64,000 nt of DNA. Origin: Priapulus caudatus (Eukaryota). The stretch spans positions 617,413-681,412 of the forward strand of contig NW_014577072.1 of NCBI RefSeq assembly GCF_000485595.1, written 5' to 3'. The notes beneath the pieces are model-generated. The model searched no databases. It was not told the origin of the DNA and was given only the letters and a program-made list of their open reading frames with translations. The position numbers and the translations under genes were made by a program. Positions 53,150 through 64,000 of the stretch are shown here, piece by piece; position 1 is the stretch's first letter; each line of letters opens with the position of its first letter.

Positions 53150-54195
53150 TTGCATTGAGCAGATAGCCGCACGTCGCATCCTCATAGACATCAGAGTGAC
53201 AATCTCCGCTAATCAGTAATTTTAGAGACCTTGTTTGACACGGTTGCCAGATCAACCATATAAAAAATCCTGAAACAATATGGTGTTCCAGGATATATCA
53301 TAATCCCTATACAGACAGCATAGAAGAAGCACACCGTCTATAGGTCAGGCCTAATGCAACTCGCTCCACCTAGATTTCCAGCAGACGAAAGAGTCCGCAA
53401 CGTGGCCTATTCCCACCAATACTACTCTCCCTAGTAATGGATTGGATTGCGGGTACAACTAAAACAACCGACCACGAGGGATCCAGTGGGCATTAGCATC
53501 TAAACTGGGAGAGCTAGGCTATGCAGATGACATTGCAGTGTTATCACACGCACTACAACATATGCATGCAAAGACAGAAAAGCTTTGTGCAGTATCTTAG
53601 AGCGCGTGCCTGGACATCGGCAAATAAAAAGAAACCAGGGGAAGCAACGACCGCAAGAACATCTATATAATTCTTTCTGTACTGACCAGGAATTCTAGGA
53701 TAGCTAATAAGAACATTGATGTCTCTGGGTAATACGATGAATAAAACTAGAAATCTGATCAGATCTACTCACCAACCGTCTGCTCAACTAAAATCAATCT
53801 GAGTAAATACAAATTAAGGTAATCATTTTAGATTTTCCACGTAGAATCTTCAGCATCAGCCGACGTATGTGGTTAACCAGCTTTTCTTTTTATTAATTGG
53901 ATAAACGGAAACAACTCACTTACAGTAGAACTGAATTTTTAATGCAATGCTATAGCAGTACCGTTGCATAGGGCAGAATGGGCCGGGCACCTGGAATACA
54001 AACGACATGCGCTCCATAAATATTGCCTCGGTAATTTCCTGTGTATCTGGCTTGACCGAATATCCAATTCACAGCTGTGACAGAAAACCAACAAGAAATC
54101 AACATGCAACTGGAGAAATCAAGATGGGTTGGTCACACGACTTGTAGAGGTTCATGGATCATCGCTAAACAGGTCACGGAATAGAACGCGCGGGT
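53150..54195 (+). mobile_element. Old, degenerate RTE-clade LINE fragment
   Basis: Disrupted peptides FDTVARSTI*KILKQYGVP, LVMDWI..RGIQWALASKLGELGYADDIAVLSHALQHMHAKTEKL and RISNSQL*QKT..RWVGHT. Confidence 0.7.
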
Positions 54196-54779
54196 TGAAT
54201 AGGTAATTACACCATCCGATCAGGATTTCAGTGACGCGATGCAGAGAAAACCATTTTGCAAATCATTGTTTATAAAACTAAAGAAGCAATGCTTGACATT
54301 TCAATATGCTTTCGGTGTAGCGCGTCTGTCGTGCTTGCTATCATAAACCTCTTCTTGTGAGTGCTATCCATTCGGTAAATTATTGCCTCTAAGCGATTCC
54401 ATTAAACACATTGTGTGAACCGTAAAGGCACCTTAGAATATCGATCATTTACGATGAGGATCCCAATTTATAGCAACCGATTAAATACCGATTTGTGATA
54501 AAAGGGTTCTGAATTTATACAGAGATCGTTTTGAGACGTTACTAATAAATTGCGCCAGAATACGACGCCAGCTTCATTACTCATGATGACCTAATTACAA
54601 ATTAATGACCAATTAGTATTTAAGATAAATAACTGTGAATATAAATTAATAACTTATTAGTATGATGACACCTGACCGCCCATGACGTCACTTTCTGCTA
54701 TAGAGTACATTTCTTCACCTTCACTCATGAATTGAGAATGACTCTCACCAAGTTATTGTTAATCCATGTGCGAATGACT

Positions 54780-55870
54780 AGTTGTTAACCCCGTGCATGA
54801 GTTGTCGTTCAGACCATGCATGAGCTCTTACTTACACCATGCATGAGCTGTTATTTACACCATGCATGAGTTGTTTACTGTTTACACCATGCAAGAGTTA
54901 TTGTTTACACTACACGTGAGGGTTTTTTACGCCATCCACAAATATTTGTTTACGCAATGTACGAGTTGTTGTTGTTTACACAACGCAAAATTTGTTGTCA
55001 AACATACTAGGCATGGGGTAAAGACTAATACCCATAGAGGTAATTGTTGTTATCTATACCAGGATTTTATTCCCGATATTTATCCATTATTCTACTCTCC
55101 ATTTTTACATTCTTGTTCCCGACATTCCTGTATTATTTAATTAACTTTTTAATAACAATTACTGCGCATCCTTATACATTCGTGTTAACAAAATTCATGA
55201 ATTGTTATTTTTGTTCTGTGTCTTTGCACGCATTGTTATCCCCAGCGCTCATAAATTATTGCTTCGTCCATACCTACACTACGGCCATTCGTGGCCACTG
55301 TTGTTACCGTCATTCATGAATTATTGCACCGTCCATACCCGCCCTGTTCTTACGACCATTCATGAATTATTGCTCTGTCTATTCCCGCCCTGTTTTTACA
55401 GTCATTCATGAATTATCGCTACGCCCATACCAGCCCTGTTGTTGCCGTCATTTATGAATTATTGCGCTGTCCATTCCCACACCGTTGTTACGGTCATTCA
55501 TGAATTATTGCGCTGCCCATGCCAGCCCTGCTGTCACGGTCATTCATGAATTATTGATCTGTCCTGCACTGTTGTTGCGTTGATGATAGCTCGGTCCATG
55601 ACTGCACCGTTGTTACGGTCATTCATAAATTATGGCTCCCCTTATGCCTGCAGTGTTGTTAAGGTCATTCATGAATTAGTGACCTGTCCATGACTGCACC
55701 GGTGTTACTGCCTTGCATAAATTCTCTGTTCCCCTGCTCTGATCATTCATCTGAAATTTTTGTTCCTTTGATTCCTTCATTGATATTGCGGACGTGCATA
55801 GATTGCGTGTTCTGTCCGTAGCTGCATTTCTGTTACGGTTATTCATGAATTATTATTGTTCCGCTTATGA
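54780..55870. repeat. Degenerate minisatellites: ~25-bp (ccatgcatgagttgtt..) and ~45-bp (gtcattcatgaattattg..tgttgttac) units
   Basis: The cattcatgaatta core recurs about every 45 bp between 55190 and 55850. Confidence 0.8.
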
Positions 55871-58218
55871 CTAAGCTGTGGTTACGGTCGTACTATAGCT
55901 CTGTATTCCGTCCTGCCTGAATTGTTGCTACCGTCGTGCGCTAACTAGCCTACTCTCTGTTGACCAAGCAAGTTATTTTCAGACCTCTCGAGCGTGACAC
56001 CTGTCATGCTGGCCTCGTGTCAAAATCACACGATTTACTTATTACGCGCGTGAGCAATATTCTATTTGTGCTTGAATAGGTATATGCAATCATTGAATTA
56101 TTCAAACACTACGGGTTGTGACTTGATATCACTCAATAACTAGACTAGTGGAACCGCAATTAATCGAATAGAATTGGAATTAGGTATTTTCTTAATGGAT
56201 TGGAAACGACCTAATGTGATTACAATTTAAGTAAAATAGAAAAAATTTTGGTGACAGATAATAGATAAATTGAAACAGGTATTTTCTGATAGTAAATGTG
56301 TAGTCTTAATGTTTATAGTACATTATTTAATTATCTTAATAGTACTTGGTTTATCACTTTAAATTATTCCATGCGATTGAATTAAATATGCTTCCACAGT
56401 CATTAAAAATATTGAATAACGTTTACCTTTTGCAATCAATTTGAGCATAATAAATGGCTGTGGCACGGTTTCTTTACAAGCGCGTCCAAGCGTGAGCGAA
56501 ATATCCATATCGCACTATACTATAATATACTATACTAGCACACCCGCGTGGCTCTAGAATTCAACCGCCTTCGTTATAACTCTCCGATAAACAAAGCGGA
56601 ACGCCATGAGTAAAGTAAGCTAGCGCTCGTATCTATGATATATAGGCAACATCGATTCATATACTCGATGAAATCCGGGTTTTGCTCAAAAACCTTATTT
56701 CGATCAAAGGGACGTTAACCTACTACCCGGATTCACGAGAAAACACGTCTAAATCGTTGCATTCAAGTTTCTTACGAACGTGTTTTGTCTTTAAGTCGCG
56801 TGAACGTTATAAAGCGTTTGGAGTTTCCTTGTTGCCTAAGCATAGATAATGCAGCCCGGCAGTGTGCTTAAATCTTATGTGGTATTTAAACCAATGCTAT
56901 TCAGATTAGTTGACGCATGATGGCTATCAGCCTTTTCAACCATTATTTATTGGTTCAATCTGTCGGCATATAGGCGTATACGGTTTATTATAGTATTCTC
57001 GTGCCCAATAGCGGCTTCGATTCTTTCGTTCGTGACCGTAAAGGTTAATTGTGTTCCAGCAGTAGGAGGTCAACGAACTACTGTACACAGCCACGGCGCA
57101 AATTCTCACCAATATGGCGGGTTAAGGGATCGCCCTAACGTAATCCATTATCCTGAGTCCAAAATTTATAGAAAGTGCGTGCCATTGTTTTCGGAAGAGC
57201 AATCTAATAATACGGACAGAAGAATTTATTAGTTATTTTTGTTACATTGTAGAAAGCCACCTTGTGATCTCTGGTAATTTTTGCGAATCTTCGTAAACTT
57301 TAGTACCTGATTCGGTTAGTTATAAATATTGTAGCACGAGCAATATCGTCAATGATGCACAAATTTTATCAGTGTAATCCAATTGGAAAAGTACCCATAA
57401 GCTCGATTAAAGCACTAGGGAGAATGATTACACAGCGCCGGGTATAACGTTATCGCATCTACCTCGTACATTGAGAGAATACGCCGATTGCCTACAAGAA
57501 AGGAAGCATGAATGCATTGCCCGCACTACCGCATTCGCCGTTACTCTTCTCGTATTACTAAGCGGATAGCCACTGTCGAATGGATTGCCGCTGCTTCAAA
57601 TTTTCTTTTTGTCGCGTCTCCTTCTATTTACTTGCCGCCATTAGGGACGGCGCGCCTGCTCGCAACAAAAAACACGCTCCGATAGAAGAATGACGAAGCG
57701 GGTTATCTGGATGACTGGTCGCCTAAGTAACGGCACAAATTAGACATTCCGTAATTACGTCCTATCAGTTCTCCTTATTAGCGATTAACGTCTCGCAAAA
57801 ATTTCCTAATGGTTTCGCGCTGCGGCGAGGTATCTCCCGATTTTTGTGATTTTATATATTTAAAAAAACGTCAACAATGCCCGCGGCGGGTTCCGGCGAT
57901 TCGAATGGTGACGCGACTATACGCGCTTGCGCGAGTACACGTAAACTATCACTTGATGAAGCCAATTTATCTAAATGCGTTGAATGGTATCAGCAATTCA
58001 ATGGCGTTTCTACAAGCTGTGAATCTAGTCGGTGCGATTTGCGTGAAGCACCCGTGAAGGGTTGATAGACAAATGAAGATTCCGGCGCTGCAATGAATTT
58101 AAATCATTCAGGATTCGCACGCAGGCATTGAGATGACGAGTCCGCACGCAAATCGTTCGCAGCGGCAACGATCGCGATTCTTGCTACTATATACTGACCT
58201 GCACGTAACGATAATATC

Positions 58219-58249
58219 AAGAGCTAATAAATATTAGTTATTAGCTCTT
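58219..58249. repeat. Palindrome AAGAGCTAATAA-N7-TTATTAGCTCTT
   Basis: Read directly from the sequence. Same 12-bp arms as 768-804. Confidence 0.8.
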
Positions 58250-58745
58250 AATAATATTTATGTTGCTGCAACGATTTACGTACAAAAGCGTGTGATTTCG
58301 AAAAACCGTGGAAGCAGCGCTGACTTATTTTGCGCAAGTAAACCTGACTAATCAACCATGATAGTTTGAGCTTGGTTTCCCAACCGCTCGGTCTTCTAGC
58401 TTTGTGCGCTTTCGAGGAACTCAGTTCAATAAATCGATCTTGTAAGCTAATAGCATGTACGCACGTACACGGAGACGAATCGACCTTCTATGGCAGCGCG
58501 CTCGCTCGCGCCTTACATTGCGAGAATATATAGAAGAAAATCAAACCTGCACACAGCAACCTACAGCATTAGCTGCTAATCTATTCTAGAAAATAACAGA
58601 ACGACATTTTCGACTAAACGCACGCACGGAAGCGCTTTACGCCGTTTCTACAATGCGTATACGGCGCAGACAGCGCCGAAGGCTGGCATAGTGGTGTCTG
58701 TCAAAGTTTATCGAACATATATGATGAAGACAGCCTCCCTCCAGA

Positions 58746-58903
58746 CCTCCTCCTCCTCCTCCTCCTCCTCCTCCTCTCCTCCTCCTCCCTCTCCTCCTCC
58801 TCCTCCTTCTTCCTCTTCCTCTCCTCCTCTCCTGCTGCTCCTCCTCCTTCTCATCCTCATCCTCCTGCTCCTCCTCCTCCTCCTCGCCTTCTCCTCCTCC
58901 TCT

Positions 58904-58937
<34 letters not shown>

Positions 58938-58957
58938 CTCCTTCTTCTTCTTCTTCT
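58746..58957. repeat. (CCT)n/(CTT)n microsatellite
   Basis: Read directly from the sequence. Confidence 0.9.
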
Positions 58958-59887
58958 ATTCTTTGACAGATATACGCTACTGCACATCGATGCGAGAGAC
59001 CTACCTATCCGTCGTAGTAGAATGTGATCAGAAAAGCAATTTGGTTTTGCCCCCCGTTGCCTGTTATATCTATTCTTTGTAAGTTATTACACCGTGGTCA
59101 CCGAGCAGACGGAATGTAATTCATTGCGGAACAAATGCGAGTAACAACGTGAGTTATCACATCGGCGCGCCTAACGGCTGAGCGATGACGCTATCGGCGA
59201 CGATGTGTAGACATGCCTCACTCTCTCACACGGCTTCACGCTCCATCAACAGCTTCCATGCAGCAGCCGCCAACGTATCAATAGTGCTGTCCACTTCCCG
59301 AATCGACGGTCGACTGTTTGCCTACAGTCTTTGTTATCGACGAAGAGGGAGCTGACTTTTGTCTACGAGGTCGACACGCTCGTGTGTGCGCACATGCACG
59401 CACGCACGCACGCACATTGATGCTAACACGCATGCACGTTCGCACACGTGCGCGACCACGCGTATATGAGCATGCCCACCACAGACACAACCACATTGAA
59501 ACACACGCCTGTGCACACGGTCGTGCGAGCGCGCGCGCACAACACGCTTCCATCATCACACGCTCACGCTCACGCTCACGCACACGCATACACACACGCA
59601 CACACACGCTTACGCTCACGCGCACGCATACACACACACGCACACACACGTTCGCGCACACGTAAACGTACACGTACACGTACACGTACACGTAGGGTGT
59701 TGCTATCCCACGGGCGTGGAGGAGGTCACGTGATAACGTTTCAAAACGTTAACCCTAAGCAACCCTCAACTCCAACACGCCAACACTAACACTCACACTA
59801 ATTATACATGTGTCGCCGCGCTATATATAGGCATTGTGATCCACAAAAATTAAATCATATGTGTAGGGACAGATATCATGATGCAAA

Positions 59888-60020
59888 AACCCTAACCCTA
59901 ATCCTAACCTAAACCCTAACCCTAACCCTAATCCTAACCCTAACCCTAACCCTAATACTAACCTTACCTAACCCTAAACCTTAACCCTAACCCTGACCCT
60001 AACCCTAATCCTAACCCTAT
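59888..60020 (-). repeat. Interstitial degenerate (CCCTAA)n tract
   Basis: About 20 units of ccctaa or tcctaa. Confidence 0.88.
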
Positions 60021-60183
60021 CCCAAACACTATGTGCTGCCACATGTGCCGGTCACCTCCCTCCAGCGCCGTGGATAGCATTATCCGTACAGGTACACGCT
60101 ACATGTGACACGTACACGTACACGTACACGTATACGTACACATACACGTACACGTACACGCACACGCACGCGCACGCACACGC

Positions 60184-60239
<56 letters not shown>

Positions 60240-61032
60240 CACACACACACACACTATATATATAGATATATATATATATGTATATATTATATATAGATAC
60301 AACGCCACGCACACACGCACACACACACATATAATATATGTATATATATATACACACGCACGCAGGAACGCGCACCCGCACGCCTTATCACGCACGCCCA
60401 CACGCACGCAAATTCACGCGCGCGCACGCGCGGCTACGCAGCTAGTTGCAGCGATGCAAATGCGCCATGACTGCGTGCAATTCACGCCGCATCGGATTCG
60501 CGCATCTGCATCGGTTAGCCGCTGGATATTCATTATCGGGGCCCCTGCAGGAAGAGAGCAGCTAGAAGTGAGTGGCCAGCACTGATCGTTAGACCGGCAG
60601 CGAGGCAGCGAGAACGTTGACGCGCGTGTTGTGCCATCGAAAACATCGAATTAACAAGCAATTATCAAGTTGTACGTGCGCGGCTGTAGTTGCTTTTGTC
60701 ATTCGACCACGAGTGACGATCTCCCGGTTGGACAGGGCAATTAATGTGTAATTAAAATCTGAAATGTTGTCGTTAGTAATCAGTCGGCTTGCAACCTTGT
60801 AGAATTGACGCCACCGCGATGACGGCGACGCCGCGCCAGCTCTACTAGTCGTCACCGCGGCAGCTCCGGACGCTGGGTCCCACGACGCAGCGCGTTTCTA
60901 CCGACGTGAATCGGAAAAGATGTCCGCCGACTCGGCTCTCTCGCCGAACAGCGACCTCTCAGTGATGACGCGCTGCGATGCTGTCTGATGTGCCCGACAT
61001 TTGCTGTCGCAAGGTAAACCTATCCGCAAAGG

Positions 61033-61272
61033 AGTAGCAGTAGTAGAAGCAGCAGCACCAGCAGGAACAGCAGCAACAACAACAAGGGCAGAAGCAGCAA
61101 CAGCATCAACAACAATAACAACAACAAGAGCAGAAGCAGCAGCAGCAGCAGCAGCAACAACAACAACATCCTGAACACCAACAGCAGCAGTAACAACAAC
61201 AACAACAACAACAACAATAATAGCAGCAGCAAAAACAACAACAACAACAACAACAACAACATTAACAAAAAC

Positions 61273-61319
<47 letters not shown>

Positions 61320-61326
61320 CAGTAGC
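61033..61326. repeat. (CAA)n/(CAG)n microsatellite
   Basis: Read directly from the sequence. Confidence 0.9.
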
Positions 61327-62724
61327 GGTGGCGGCTTCTCCGACGCTCCGGCTCTGTCGGCTGCGTTGATTCCGAGCAAATATCGTCTCCATGCGAGGAG
61401 CGCCTGATTCGCGCGCGAGTAACTCCCTCATGACGCGGATGTAAGCATCTCTTGGAGCTCCGCGCTGCCGCTACCGCCGCCGCAGCAGCAGCAGCAGCAG
61501 CAGTCTTCCTAGCGAGAGACGTGAGGATATGACGGTGCGCCGCCTGGCAGCTTTCTACAGTGAACGAGCGGCGCAGACGCTACGGGCGCTGTTCGACGAC
61601 GCAGCGCTGACACTCTCCTGTCGACGTCGCAGTGACAGGTGAAAACTGGAGGATCACACTGTGTGCCATCGCGCGAAATCACTTGTATGACGCACAACAA
61701 TGCGAGAGACAATAATTCCATTACGGCTGCAATTTGCGCGATAGCTTATCGGATAGACGCACATCGATTATCGTCGCGTTTTGTGACGGGTCCGCGTTGA
61801 CGGGCCTCCGCCGTGCGTGCATATCTGCACACGTAGGCGCGCGCGCCGCACGCGAAAACCGCGCTGCAGCCGCCGCCACCGCTCGTCGGGCTGCACGGCA
61901 AATCGCCCGCGTTCAGATTGATTTGTCGAGCTTTCGCTGTTTTGCTATTAAAAACGATTGCCACTGAATTATGAATGTGCCGCCTAAATGGAACTCGGTA
62001 ACCGCGCATTGCCGTAGTGGAGGCGTGCATATGATATCGTGCGAGTGAGCGCGTTGCCTTTGAGAGCGCGCGGATGAAAAGGATGGAAGTGATATACGTG
62101 TCTACGATAACTACAAAGCGCCTGATGCTGCTGCTCATTCACATAGCCGCCACTGTGTGCACTGCAGGTAATGCGGGCTCAAGGATAGAGAGCATGTCCA
62201 GTAATAAACATCATCCTATCCTATCCCCGTCCTGGACATTATCTCTATTCTTGAACCGTAATGCGTATACACTTCGTGATATCTCTATATTCTCTGTGTC
62301 GTAATGGTTCGTATTGTCATGGGTAAAGATGACATGTGCATGCATTCAGCCGTAAAAGCCGTCAGAAGCGATATTGCATTACCATTAGGGGAAGGCCCGT
62401 GCTACATCTGACGCAATTTCGCAGCAAACCATACCGCCAGCGGCCATGCGAAGTTCGCACAACGAGAGAAACAGACATCTGTAAATACAAAATGCCGCGG
62501 AGTGATGCACGAATGCATCGTGGCCTCCGCTGCATGCGCTCCATGAATTACTATTAAGCTGGCGATTCCCTGGAGTAGCAGCGGCATCGAATTGCTAGTC
62601 AACGTGTTAGGTCTATCACATGATTGCCCTGGCGTAGCTGCTCGGGCTGGAACTCTGATAGCTGAGCGTGAACCATGGCCACGTAATCGTGGTCACGTCG
62701 GGCGGATGCGCGGTACGACGGGCG

Positions 62725-63144
62725 GCTGCACACACAGGCACTTGGAGCGTTTCAATAAAATATAATGCGAAATGAATACGAAATCTATTTACTACCAAAG
62801 TCTTAATGTTTCTATACTCTCTTTCACCTATTATTGCCGACAATTTCCTGTAAATGCCGTCCAAATTCTCATCTGCAAACGCTGGCTGCCGCCATGGCTG
62901 CCGCTGCACACTGACACATAAATATATAGTCTATAATAGCTATATATTTATGTATCAGTTTGCAGCGGAAGCCATGGCGGCAGCCAGCGTTTGTTGCAGA
63001 TGAGCATTTGGACGGCATTTACAGGAAATTGTCGGCAAAAATAGGTGAAAGAGAGTATAGAAACATTAAAACTTTGGTAGTAAATAGATTTCGTATTTAT
63101 TTAGCATTATATTATATTGAAACGCTCCAAGGGCCTGTGGCAGC
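62725..63144. repeat. Long near-perfect palindrome (~200-bp arms, centre at ~62935); probable MITE/foldback element
   Basis: 62733-62934 is the reverse complement of 62936-63139, with scattered mismatches and one small indel. Confidence 0.9.
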
Positions 63145-64000
63145 ACACACCGGAGTTGCGCACGAAACACGATCTGTATTTATTTTCACGACTCGTTCAT
63201 ATTAATTTAGCGTCGCGCAATTCTCCCATGCATCATACTCGAGTAAGTACTAGGTGCTGCACGAGTATGGCGCAGCGGCATATAGATTTGCTCTCACCGT
63301 GCGCCGAGATATTGAATTGACCACATACCACGATTTGCGTTGCGAATAATATGAGAAATATTCGCACGTCGTTGATTACCGTACAGCGCACATATCGAAA
63401 TGCGCGCATTATTGCGTCGCCTGCTGATTTTCCCTTACTTACGCATTCAAATTTGCATAATTCTACCTTAAATTGCGACATTTCTATTTTCCATGTAATA
63501 TGCGGATCGGGATGAAAAGAAATTGGGATAACGCAAAAGCCATTAGCATATACACCGTCGAGCCAACTTGTTTGGCTGACATTTCATTAATAATGCTCTC
63601 CGCTACTAACTGGACTCAATTAATCCTGATATATCGTGCAATTTCCTACGATGTTTAAACTTGTCGAGACGTTCAGACAGCGTAAAATATTATCACGAGG
63701 CTACATCGCCGGATGTTCCCATGTGCCAGCCCGTTAAAGCGACGTTAAAAAATTCTGGTGCAATCCATCTTGTTAAACTTGATATGTTTCCGCCAAGATA
63801 TCAAGCCATCACTTCTTTGTCACCGTAACATACCGCACAGTACGGCCTCTAAGAGCGTCTCGCGGTTATCATTTGTTTTACAGACGCGCGACGCGTTTTT
63901 TTATTGTCTTGGTAAGATTTCATTCTGACATTGTCAGCGCGTGTTTCGTCGATTCGTGTCTCGCTCTGCGTCTGGCTGTTGTTTCGAAGAAATTTTTTCG

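Noticed and set aside
60898..61431. 177-aa minus-strand Ala/Val-rich ORF
   Set aside because: Mostly a (CAA/CAG)n microsatellite; no domain or splice support.
62616..63205. Two near-identical divergent ORFs (MQRQPWRQPAF.. / MQRKPWRQPAF..)
   Set aside because: A by-product of the palindrome; non-ATG starts and no recognisable domain.

Overview
Animal (non-vertebrate bilaterian-looking) genomic DNA, rich in microsatellites, with a CpG-rich background and four N gaps (15409-15433, 16765-16774, 26152-27122, 31466-31475). Two spliced neural genes can be reconstructed on the + strand. (1) A Dpr/ZIG-8-family two-Ig-domain cell-surface protein, with four coding exons at 21779-28946; the signal-peptide exon was not found. 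Its hydrophobic segment is followed by an unusually long open tail of 96 aa. (2) A divergent nicotinic acetylcholine receptor alpha-type subunit, with seven exons at 40717-48069 (465 codons). It has an in-frame TAA and a non-canonical donor at the end of exon 4, lacks the loop-B Trp, and has Val at the 9' gate position. Between the genes lies an Academ-like DNA transposon (31386-35747, AAC target duplication), rebuilt as a ~1.4-kb-arm foldback of two defective transposase 5' halves, with a second left terminus inside. Also present: two RTE-clade LINE fragments, a ~420-bp loopless palindrome, smaller AT-centred palindromes, two TTAGGG tracts, CTCF-like motifs and several minisatellites. Most ORFs in the supplied track are microsatellite or gap artefacts. 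All family assignments come from motif recognition; no database search was run.
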